A stretch of DNA of 64,000 bases, taken from assembly GCA_034927595.1 (NCBI GenBank), contig JAYFPQ010000069.1:26412-90411 (forward strand), in the 5' to 3' direction. The stretch comes from Christensenella sp. Lineage in GTDB: Bacteria; Bacillota; Clostridia; Christensenellales; CAG-138. Below the pieces are notes generated by a model that was given only the letters and a program-made list of their open reading frames with translations, did no database searches and was not told the origin of the DNA. Of the stretch, positions 37,546-46,369 are shown one piece after another; within the stretch, counting starts at the first letter, position 1, and each line of letters begins with the position of its first letter. The translations under genes and the position numbers were made by a program.

Positions 37546-38781
37546 ATGTTATTGCTTTTTACATCTGGAACTTATCCCCGATATAAAAGAGATGTATTGG
37601 ATGTTGTGAATCTACCGGAGAACGCGCTGATTAAGCTGCAGTATTCCTTCATTAAAGATGATGAAGAAACTTCATCTGCCAAAGGTAAAGAGAAGAGCAA
37701 AGATATAGGCAAAGACAATGAAAACAAAGACAAGGATAAGGGCGAAGAAAAACCTTATTCATATGTTGAGAAAGACTCATTTCCGAAGAACTGCAAAGCT
37801 AATGAAGAGGTAATCTTCTTTTTTATCAATCGCGATGATCCAGAGAATTTTAAGTACATACCGATTCGAAAAGGACGATTCATTAGCGGATACGAAAGTG
37901 CGAATGTTGCTTACTATACTATTGAACTGGGGATAGTATGTGCTGCAAGTGATCCAAATAATTTTCAGAAGTCCCTGAATAAAAAGGTAGGCAGGCTGCT
38001 ATACGAGAAACATGATGGAGAGAACAGGAGCGGCTACTATGCATTCAGAACGGAAAGTGACCTTTCGAAACTTATTGACATCTCTCCGAAGCATTGGAAG
38101 ACAACAACAGAATTAATTGCTGAATGCAAATGCTTCAAAGATGTATTTGCGGTATTCACTCGCTTCAATCTATATCAGGGGGACCAAGACAAACCTGTAC
38201 TCATGAGTAGCGGAAAAAACGAACACTGTTTTTATGTACACTATGGGTCTTACTACACAGCAAAAATAGATTACATTGCTCCAGGTGTACGGAGAGACTC
38301 GAAAATGTCTTCTACCGCGAAAATTTCAATAATGCCAGAATGTTTTGAAGGCACATCTCCAATAATGAAGTTTGATGCAGGACTAGGCATGGTTGAATAC
38401 AGGTTTCGCGTGACGGGCGTTAGTAAAAATCTAGAGTTGAGCTACACGGATCTAACGGAGAAAGACTCAAACGGAGAATCATACATCGCAGATAATCCAA
38501 TCCCTATGCGAGCAGTTCGCACCAAGTGGCGTTGGGTTCTCATACTTGGGGTTCTTGGACTCATGCTCCTTTGTGACGTTTTAAATCAATTTCCCATAGA
38601 AGACACGATCACTAGACTAAATGCAGAATTACCTGGGAATCTGAGCTTGATACAACACTGGCAGTTATCGCTCGCATATCTGCTTCGAGCAACCGAAGCT
38701 TTATATCCGGCATTAATCAGCTCGATCAAATCTTGGTTGACACTGTTAATGGTCTTGCTGTACGGTAAGAAAGAGCTATAG
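37546..38781 (+). CDS. AT-rich orphan protein with two C-terminal hydrophobic segments
   Basis: 411-aa ORF after AAGGAAG; WRWVLILGVLGLMLL and C-terminal hydrophobic helix; no recognised family. Confidence 0.65.
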   Translation: MLLLFTSGTYPRYKRDVLDVVNLPENALIKLQYSFIKDDEETSSAKGKEKSKDIGKDNENKDKDKGEEKPYSYVEKDSFPKNCKANEEVIFFFINRDDPENFKYIPIRKGRFISGYESANVAYYTIELGIVCAASDPNNFQKSLNKKVGRLLYEKHDGENRSGYYAFRTESDLSKLIDISPKHWKTTTELIAECKCFKDVFAVFTRFNLYQGDQDKPVLMSSGKNEHCFYVHYGSYYTAKIDYIAPGVRRDSKMSSTAKISIMPECFEGTSPIMKFDAGLGMVEYRFRVTGVSKNLELSYTDLTEKDSNGESYIADNPIPMRAVRTKWRWVLILGVLGLMLLCDVLNQFPIEDTITRLNAELPGNLSLIQHWQLSLAYLLRATEALYPALISSIKSWLTLLMVLLYGKKEL

Positions 38782-38915
38782 TACGCAAGAACCTTTCTTA
38801 CCCAACTGAACCGTCGTTGGATGGCTTTCTTCGCACCCCCTCCCGTAACAAAGTCACCGACTATCGATCCTAGAATATCGTATGCTTGTTCCATCCAAGT
38901 GAGGTAGCAAATCGT

Positions 38916-39161
38916 ATGGAACAGGACAGGAAACAACCCAAACCGAACAGCAAAAAATGGAAGCGGTATCTGCCGATGATGATTCTCGCCCTTGTTGGCG
39001 CGCTCGGCGGCTATTTGTATTACCGCTTGGTCGGCTGCGCAAGCGGCGCATGTCCTATTACGTCCAATCCATACATTTCCACCATATACGGCGGCGTGAT
39101 CGGCACGCTGCTGGGTTATGTCGTTACCCCCGGAAAGAAAAAGGAGGAACAGGGCGCATGA
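38916..39161 (+). CDS. DUF6132-like small membrane protein
   Basis: GGYLYYRLVGCASGACPITSNP...YGG. Confidence 0.75.
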   Translation: MEQDRKQPKPNSKKWKRYLPMMILALVGALGGYLYYRLVGCASGACPITSNPYISTIYGGVIGTLLGYVVTPGKKKEEQGA

Positions 39162-41623
39162 AGAAAGTTGTAATTATTGGCGGCGTAGCGGGTGGAGCCA
39201 GCTGCGCGGCGCGTTTGCGTCGACTCGACGAAACGGCACAAATCGTATTGTTGGAGCGCGGGGAGTACATTTCCTACGCGAACTGCGGCTTACCCTATCA
39301 CGTTGGCGACGTCATCAAGACGCGCGCGGCACTGCTGTTGCAAACGCCGGAAGCGATGCGGAAGAAGTTCGACGTGGACGTTCGCGTTCAGAACGAAGTG
39401 CTCTCCATCGACCGGGACAAGAAGACCGTGCTGGTCAAGCGCGTTGAAACCGGCGAAACCTATACGGAGAGCTACGACACGCTGGTGATCTCCACCGGTT
39501 CGTCCCCGCTCAAGCCCCCGATCCCCGGCATCGACTCCTCCCGCGTGCAGACGCTCTGGACGGTTCCGGACACGGATCGCATCCGCGCGCTCGTGCGTGA
39601 GCAGGGCGTGAAGTCGGCCGCGGTCATCGGCGGCGGGTTCATCGGCCTCGAGATGGCGGAGAACCTGAAGCATGCCGGCCTGGACGTCAGCCTCATCGAA
39701 GCGCTTGACCAGGTCATGTCGCCCATCGATTACGAGATGGCGCAGCTGCTGCACGAAACGCTCGTTCAGAACGGCGTGGAACTCCACCTCGGCGACGCGG
39801 TGGAATCGTTCAACGACGTAACCGGCGGCGTGGAGATCCAGCTCAAGAGCGGTAAAAAGGTTTCCGCCGAGCTCGTAATTCTGTCCATCGGCGTGCGCCC
39901 GAACGGCCAGCTCGCCAAGGACGCGGGGCTGAACATGAACCCGCGCGGCGGCATCGTGGTCAACGACCATATGCTTACCTCCGATCCTTCGATCTACGCC
40001 GTTGGCGACGTGATCGAGGTCGAGAACTACATCAGCAAGGAACAGACGATGATTCCGCTCGCGGGACCTGCGAACAAGCAGGGGCGCATCGCGGCGGACA
40101 ACATCGCCGGTCTCGACGCGAGCTATACAGGCACGCAGGGTTCGTCGATTGCCAAGGTGTTTGACCTTACGGTTGCGAACACCGGCGAGAACGAGAAAAC
40201 CCTCGTCAAGCGCGGCCTCGTAAAGGGCAAGGACTTTGAGACCGTCACGATCACGCAAAACAACCACGCGAGCTACTACCCCGGCGCGGTGCCGATGACG
40301 CTCAAGCTGCTCTTTACGAAGGACGGCAAGAAAATTCTCGGCGCGCAGATCGTCGGCAAGGACGGCGTGGACAAGCGCATCGACGTCATTGGCGTGGCAA
40401 CGCGTCTTGGTGCGAGTGTAAAAGACCTCAAGGAACTTGAGTTTGCCTATGCGCCGCCGTATTCCTCGGCGAAAGACCCGGTCAATATGCTCGGCTTTGT
40501 GGCAGAGAATGTGCTGAACGGGCTCGTCAAGATCGCGCCGTGGAACATTGCGGATACCAATAAGGACGTGGTGCTGCTGGACGTCCGCGAGGACGCGGAA
40601 CTGCTCGCGTATACGATTCCTGGCGCGGTGCACATTCCGCTTGGTCAGGTGCGAGCCCGCCTTGGCGAGCTCGACAAGAGCAAGGAGATCGTCGTTTTCT
40701 GCGCCATCGGCGTTCGCGCCTACAACGCCGCGCGCATCCTGAGCCAGCACGGCTTTGGCAACGTCTCGGTCTATCCGGGCGGCGCGCGCTTCTATCAATC
40801 CACACATTATGAGGAGGTCAACCCCATGCCGTATACGAAGAACGAACCGGTCCACGACAGCGGCCATGCGGAGACCGCCAACATCCCCGTTGCGGCAATG
40901 CGCATCGACTGCAGCGGAATGCAGTGCCCGGGCCCGATCATGAAGGTCTTTGAGACCATGAAGGAAATGAAAGACGGCCAGGTCATGGAAGTGTCCGCCA
41001 GCGATCCCGGCTTTGCGCGGGACATCGTCGCCTGGGCGCGCAGAACCAACAACACGCTCTTGAGCAACGAGCGCCGCGGCAACGACTACGTCGCGCTGGT
41101 CAAGAAGGGCACGGGCGCTGTGGTCACGCAACAGATTCCGCAAAGCCCTGCGGGCGATGGCAAGACGATTATCGTGTTCAGCGGCGACTTGGATCGCGTG
41201 CTCGCGAGCTTCATCATTGCCAACGGCGCGGCGGCGATGGGACGTCCGGTGACGATGTTCTTCACCTTCTGGGGGCTGAACGTGCTGCGCCGGGGCAACA
41301 AGGTTAAGGTCAAGAAGAGCTTTATCGAAGCGATGTTCGGCGGCATGATGCCGCGCGGCACCGGCAAGCTCACGCTGAGCAAGCTGAACATGGCCGGCAT
41401 GGGCACCGCGATGATGAAGATGGTCATGAAGAAGAAGAACGTGGACTCCCTCGAAACCCTGATCCAGAAGGCCATGAAGGCGGGCGTCAAAATCGTTGCC
41501 TGCACGATGAGCATGGACATCATGGGCATCAAGGAAGAGGAGCTCATCGACGGAGTCGAACTCGGCGGCGTCGGCGCCTATCTGGGTGACGCGGAAGAGA
41601 GCAACGTCAACCTGTTTATCTAA
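39158..41623 (+). CDS. CoA-disulfide/persulfide reductase fused to rhodanese, TusA/SirA and DsrE/F-like domains
   Basis: GGVAGGAS, SYANCGLPY, YAPPYS; FCAIGVR rhodanese loop; CPGP TusA motif; FFTFWGL and ACTMSM DsrE motifs. Confidence 0.88.
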   Translation: MKKVVIIGGVAGGASCAARLRRLDETAQIVLLERGEYISYANCGLPYHVGDVIKTRAALLLQTPEAMRKKFDVDVRVQNEVLSIDRDKKTVLVKRVETGETYTESYDTLVISTGSSPLKPPIPGIDSSRVQTLWTVPDTDRIRALVREQGVKSAAVIGGGFIGLEMAENLKHAGLDVSLIEALDQVMSPIDYEMAQLLHETLVQNGVELHLGDAVESFNDVTGGVEIQLKSGKKVSAELVILSIGVRPNGQLAKDAGLNMNPRGGIVVNDHMLTSDPSIYAVGDVIEVENYISKEQTMIPLAGPANKQGRIAADNIAGLDASYTGTQGSSIAKVFDLTVANTGENEKTLVKRGLVKGKDFETVTITQNNHASYYPGAVPMTLKLLFTKDGKKILGAQIVGKDGVDKRIDVIGVATRLGASVKDLKELEFAYAPPYSSAKDPVNMLGFVAENVLNGLVKIAPWNIADTNKDVVLLDVREDAELLAYTIPGAVHIPLGQVRARLGELDKSKEIVVFCAIGVRAYNAARILSQHGFGNVSVYPGGARFYQSTHYEEVNPMPYTKNEPVHDSGHAETANIPVAAMRIDCSGMQCPGPIMKVFETMKEMKDGQVMEVSASDPGFARDIVAWARRTNNTLLSNERRGNDYVALVKKGTGAVVTQQIPQSPAGDGKTIIVFSGDLDRVLASFIIANGAAAMGRPVTMFFTFWGLNVLRRGNKVKVKKSFIEAMFGGMMPRGTGKLTLSKLNMAGMGTAMMKMVMKKKNVDSLETLIQKAMKAGVKIVACTMSMDIMGIKEEELIDGVELGGVGAYLGDAEESNVNLFI

Positions 41624-41780
41624 GCGAATACAACGCACCAAGGGCGCGCCGGAAACGGCGCGCTCTTATCTTTCGTTTGGCGGTATCGAACTGCCCAATC
41701 AAACGGAAAAAATTGAATTTTGCAGAACGAAACAGTATAATAAATCAAAGAATCGCAGAAAAACGGGGAGGAAATCGCGC

Positions 41781-42206
41781 ATGAAACAGGAGTTGCTACA
41801 GGAAATCGAGTCCCAGCTCACCGCAATCGGCGTAAAACCCGTGCGCAGCGACAAAACCGACCTCAGCGTAGACGAAGAACTGCTCGACGCGAGCTTTTCC
41901 ACCGGAAAGAAGAAACTCCATTACGAAGCAATGATTCTGCTGGACGAGGCGGACAAGATCATCAAGATGTACGAAAAGACCACCGAAATCAGCGCGGGCG
42001 TTTCCTTTGGCATGAGCGGCGAATCGTCGTTTCAAAGCGGAAGTACGCTGTTTCGCAAGGTAAAGAGCGTTCAGTACGGGCCGGAGGGTAAGGTGTTTGA
42101 ATACAACTTTGATCTCGGCGCAATTCCAAAGGCGGTCAAGACCGCGGCGCAGGCGGCGGGCTGGAAGTTTAAGACCGTGATCATTAAAAAGAACGCGATG
42201 CGCTAA
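41781..42206 (+). CDS. Hypothetical protein
   Basis: 141-aa ORF with GGGGAGG RBS and host-like codon usage. Confidence 0.65.
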   Translation: MKQELLQEIESQLTAIGVKPVRSDKTDLSVDEELLDASFSTGKKKLHYEAMILLDEADKIIKMYEKTTEISAGVSFGMSGESSFQSGSTLFRKVKSVQYGPEGKVFEYNFDLGAIPKAVKTAAQAAGWKFKTVIIKKNAMR

Positions 42207-42279
42207 ACGGGCAGATTGCCCTGTTACGGCGCGACAAGTCGTGTTATAATCTCTACAATACATTTACGGAGGACGCAAT

Positions 42280-42657
42280 ATGGCAGACGTCGTTTGGAAA
42301 GATCGCAAACGCATTATCTTTGGCTTGCCCTGGACGTTTACGCGCTACTCGCTGACGCAGGAAAAGCTGGTCATCGATACAGGATTCATCAGCCGCAAGG
42401 AGGACGAAATTCGCCTGTACCGCATTCTGGACATTACGCTCCAGCGCCCGTTGAGCCAGCGCATCTGGGGCCTCGGCACCATCCGCCTGAACACGGCGGA
42501 CAAATCCTCTCCGGAGATCGAGATCAAGCGCATCAAGAACGCGAAGCAGGTCAAGGAGATGCTCTCGGACATGGTCGAGCGTGAGCGCGACGAGAAGCGG
42601 ATTGCTGCGCGCGAATTCATGGGCGGCATGGACGAAGACGTGGATCACATCAACTAA
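42280..42657 (+). CDS. Bacterial PH-domain protein
   Basis: TRYSLT...DEIRLYRILDITL...GLGTI. Confidence 0.75.
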   Translation: MADVVWKDRKRIIFGLPWTFTRYSLTQEKLVIDTGFISRKEDEIRLYRILDITLQRPLSQRIWGLGTIRLNTADKSSPEIEIKRIKNAKQVKEMLSDMVERERDEKRIAAREFMGGMDEDVDHIN

Positions 42658-42863
42658 ACGATTGGCACAACACAACGGGTGAACGCAACGGGCGTTTGCC
42701 CGTTTTTTATGTGGAGCGAACCAATGCAGTAAAAGAAAAAATGTGCAACAACTGTCTAGATTTGAACAGATTACTATTTAACAATTGATTTGCGGACGTC
42801 CTCTGCTATAATGGAATAAATATACACTTAGAATGTATTTGCAGGATGAAAGGGAGAATCGGG

Positions 42864-43598
42864 ATGGAATTTAACGCAAACAGTGGATTCATGTACGTAA
42901 TCGTAGCAATCGTGATTACGTACGTCGTATTGCAGTCCGTTGTGTTTCTGGCAAAAGCCTGGAAGCGCGGAAAGCAGCTCGGCATGGACAAGCAGGTGCT
43001 CAGAAAGGCGGTCGGTTCGTCGGCCATCTTTTCGATTGCGCCCGCCGTTGCCATTTTGCTCGGCGTTATTGCGCTGAGCAAGGCGCTCGGCTTTCCGCTG
43101 CCCTGGTTGCGACTCACCGTTATCGGCTCGCTGACCTACGAAACGACCGCCGCCGCGGCCGCCGCGAGCGCGGTTGGCGCAACGTTGTCCCAGCCGATTA
43201 CGGACCCAAAGATTTTTACGACCATCGCCTGGGTCATGACGCTGGGCATTGTGCCGGGGCTCGTGCTCGTGCCCGTGCTCGGCAAGCGCATTGAAAACGG
43301 CGTCAGCAAGATTCAGTCGAAGGATTCCAGATGGGGCGAAATCTTTCTTTCCGGACTGTTTCTCGGCATGATCTCCGCGTTTCTCGGCGTCGTGTTCGCG
43401 CATGTGCGCGAGGGGCTGACGGGTTGGATTCCGGTCTTCGTGATGCTTTCGAGCGCGCTGTTGATGCTGATTTGCGGACTGATTCGCAAGCTTTTCAAAG
43501 CGAAATGGATCGAGGAGTACGCGCTGCCGATCAGCCTATTAGGCGGTATGGCGCTATCAATTCCGATTACGACGCTCGTGCAGTCCATTGTAGGGTAA
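42864..43598 (+). CDS. DUF5058-like membrane protein
   Basis: PWLRLTVIGSLTYE motif; about 6-7 TM segments. Confidence 0.7.
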   Translation: MEFNANSGFMYVIVAIVITYVVLQSVVFLAKAWKRGKQLGMDKQVLRKAVGSSAIFSIAPAVAILLGVIALSKALGFPLPWLRLTVIGSLTYETTAAAAAASAVGATLSQPITDPKIFTTIAWVMTLGIVPGLVLVPVLGKRIENGVSKIQSKDSRWGEIFLSGLFLGMISAFLGVVFAHVREGLTGWIPVFVMLSSALLMLICGLIRKLFKAKWIEEYALPISLLGGMALSIPITTLVQSIVG

Positions 43599-43613
43599 GG
43601 GAGGGAAACGCAT

Positions 43614-44276
43614 ATGAAACAAGAACGCAGTTATCGCGACAGCGTACACTTTATGGGGCGGTTTTGGATTCTCGGCGCGCTGGCCATGCTCGTCGCCGTT
43701 CCGGTCGCCATCTGCATCTATTACAGCGCGTGGCCGCCGATTGGCGGCGTGCTGAAGGGCTTTTTGAGCGTTGCGCCGATCTTCTGGACGGTTGGCGTCA
43801 TCGAGGTATTCACCTATGTGCCTATGCTTGGCACGGGCGGATCGTACCTCGGCTTCGTGACGGGCAACCTCTCGAACCTGAAGGTGCCCTGCGCGCTCAA
43901 CGCCATGGATCGCGCGAACGTGAAGGCCTGCACAGATGAGGGCGAAGTGATTTCGACCATCGCGATTGCGACAAGCTCGCTGGTGACCACCGTGATCATT
44001 GCCGCGGGCGTGCTGCTGCTCTCACAGATCGAGCCGTTTCTGGAAAGCCCGGTCATGCAGCCCGCGTTTGACAACATTCTGCCCGCGCTCTTCGGCGCGC
44101 TCGGCGTGGTGTTTGTCTCCAAGAACTGGAAAATCGCGATTACACCGCTGCTCTTTATGATCGTGCTGTTCCTGTTCGTTCCGTCGCTGGCGGGTAGCGT
44201 TGGCATTCTGGTGCCGGTCGGCGCGCTGATTGCCATTGGCGTTGCCAGAATACTTTACAAAAAGAACGTTCTGTAA
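43614..44276 (+). CDS. Membrane protein, probable partner of DUF5058
   Basis: YVPMLGTGGSYLGFVTGNLSNLKVPCA; 15 nt downstream of previous gene. Confidence 0.7.
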   Translation: MKQERSYRDSVHFMGRFWILGALAMLVAVPVAICIYYSAWPPIGGVLKGFLSVAPIFWTVGVIEVFTYVPMLGTGGSYLGFVTGNLSNLKVPCALNAMDRANVKACTDEGEVISTIAIATSSLVTTVIIAAGVLLLSQIEPFLESPVMQPAFDNILPALFGALGVVFVSKNWKIAITPLLFMIVLFLFVPSLAGSVGILVPVGALIAIGVARILYKKNVL

Positions 44277-44384
44277 CCCTGTTTCGCCGAAGACGATTCT
44301 TCGGCAAAGCACGGGCGTAGTATACTAATTAAGAAATAATACAATTGCTTCCCGATTTCGGAAGCGGAGATGGGAGGAAAGTAT

Positions 44385-45824
44385 ATGACCTACTTCTGGC
44401 TGGGGCTTCTGGCGCTGGTCGTCGCGTTTCTCGCGGTGATTCTGATTCGCGCGCTGCGGTTCAAGCCCCGCGCGACACAGGCCGTCGCCGTCGAAGAGGC
44501 GGCGGTGGACGGGCAAAAGGCGATTGACAATCTCGCCGAGATGATCCGCTGCAAAACGGTATCGTACTACGACGACGAGAAAATTGACAAAGCGGAGTTC
44601 CAAAAATTCCGCGCGCTGCTCAAGAAACTCTACCCAACGGTGTTCCGCAAAGCCTCGTACGAAGAGATTGGCCCAAGCGGCATTCTCTTTACGCTCAAGG
44701 GTAAGAGCGCGGAGCAGCCCGCCGTGTTCATGGCGCATTACGATGTGGTACCCGTCAACGAAGAGGGCTGGTCGAAGCCCGCGTTTGAGGGAATCATTGA
44801 GGACGGCGTCCTCTGGGGACGCGGTACGCTGGACACGAAATGCACGCTGCTCGGCGTACTGGAGGCGGCGGAGCATCTGCTGCAAAAGGGCTTTGTTCCA
44901 GAGAATGACATGTACTTCGCGTTTGCGGGGGACGAGGAGGTTGCGGGCAAATCCCAGCCGGTCATTGTGGAAACCCTGCGCGTGCGCGGCGTCGTTCCGG
45001 CCATCGTGGTGGACGAGGGCGGCGCGGTCGTAGACGGCATCTTCCCCGGCGTTTCGCAGTCCTGCGCGCTGATCGGCATTGCGGAAAAAGGACTCATGGA
45101 CGCGCAGTTCGTGATCGAAGGAGCGGGCGGGCACGCCTCCGCACCGCCGCCGCATACGGGACTCGGCCGCCTCGCGCGCGCCGTCACCCAAATTGAAAAC
45201 AAGCCCTTCCCGCGGAAGCTGACCAAGCCCGTCGCCGAAATGTTCGATACACTGGGCCGGCGCTCGAGCTTTCTGTATCGCGTGATCTTTTCGAACCTCT
45301 GGTGCTTCCTGCCGCTGTTGGACGCGCTCTGCAAAAAGACCGGCGGCGAGCTCAACGCCATGATGCGCACCACCTGCGCGTTTACGATGGCCGAGGGCAG
45401 CAAGGCGAGCAACGTGCTCCCGCCGCGCGCGCGCATGGTTGCCAACCTCCGCGTGATCAACGGCAGCACCTGCGAGGAGACGCTCACGGCGCTCAAGGAT
45501 CGGCTGGACGACAAGGGCATTCAGGCGAGCATTGTGCAGGGCATGGACCCGAGTCGCGTTTCCGAAACGAAGGGCTACGGCTGGGACAAGCTCACCAGCG
45601 CGATTGCGCAGACCTGGCCGGAGGCGTTGATCTCGCCTTACCTGATGGTCGCCTGCTCGGACTCGCGCCACTACTGCGCGATTTCGGACTATGTCTACCG
45701 CTTCTCGGCGATGGAGCTGACCAAGCAGGAGCGCGGCTGCATCCACGGGCACGACGAGCGCATTCCGCTGGACAAGATCGTCACTACGGTGCAGTTCTAC
45801 GTGCGCCTGATGCGGAGTCTATAA
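44385..45824 (+). CDS. M20 family peptidase/amidohydrolase with N-terminal anchor
   Basis: AHYDVVP, GRGTLDTK, DEE, DEGG, HGHDERI. Confidence 0.88.
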   Translation: MTYFWLGLLALVVAFLAVILIRALRFKPRATQAVAVEEAAVDGQKAIDNLAEMIRCKTVSYYDDEKIDKAEFQKFRALLKKLYPTVFRKASYEEIGPSGILFTLKGKSAEQPAVFMAHYDVVPVNEEGWSKPAFEGIIEDGVLWGRGTLDTKCTLLGVLEAAEHLLQKGFVPENDMYFAFAGDEEVAGKSQPVIVETLRVRGVVPAIVVDEGGAVVDGIFPGVSQSCALIGIAEKGLMDAQFVIEGAGGHASAPPPHTGLGRLARAVTQIENKPFPRKLTKPVAEMFDTLGRRSSFLYRVIFSNLWCFLPLLDALCKKTGGELNAMMRTTCAFTMAEGSKASNVLPPRARMVANLRVINGSTCEETLTALKDRLDDKGIQASIVQGMDPSRVSETKGYGWDKLTSAIAQTWPEALISPYLMVACSDSRHYCAISDYVYRFSAMELTKQERGCIHGHDERIPLDKIVTTVQFYVRLMRSL

Positions 45825-45985
45825 GAACAAACGAGCCAAAAGGGGCGGAACGCGACAGCGTCCGCTCCTTTTTTATAATACGGAGGAGGCCATATAGAAA
45901 GGACTGTAATTTACAGGAGAGAAGTGCTTGACAAACACTAGTAAAGTGCTAGTATATAAGCAATCACTTATATAAAGGAGCGCTT

Positions 45986-46369
45986 ATGGAAGAGATGGTG
46001 ATTGCCCCACTCTGTTGCGAGAACCATATCGACCCGCAACATGAAGCAAAAGCGCGTGCGCGTTTGCCAAGCGAGGCGGAGGCGGCGGATGTTGCAGCGG
46101 TCTTTGCGCATCTTTCGGACAGCACGCGGGTAAAGCTCTTGTCCATGCTGGCTGCGAGCGACCTCTGCGTCTGCGAAATGGCGGACCTGCTGGGCATGAG
46201 CCAGCCGGCGGTTTCGCACCATCTGCGCATTCTGCGGCAGTGCGACGTGGTCGGCTTCCGTAAAACGGGGCAGCGCGCCGTATACTATTTGAATGAAAAT
46301 GAAATTGGCGATACGATCCGCCGACTGTTGCAGGTCGTCATCCAGAGAGAGGAACCGAACCATGCGTAG
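45986..46369 (+). CDS. ArsR/SmtB metalloregulator
   Basis: FAHLSDSTRVKLL, LCVCEMA, SQPAVSHHLRIL. Confidence 0.9.
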   Translation: MEEMVIAPLCCENHIDPQHEAKARARLPSEAEAADVAAVFAHLSDSTRVKLLSMLAASDLCVCEMADLLGMSQPAVSHHLRILRQCDVVGFRKTGQRAVYYLNENEIGDTIRRLLQVVIQREEPNHA

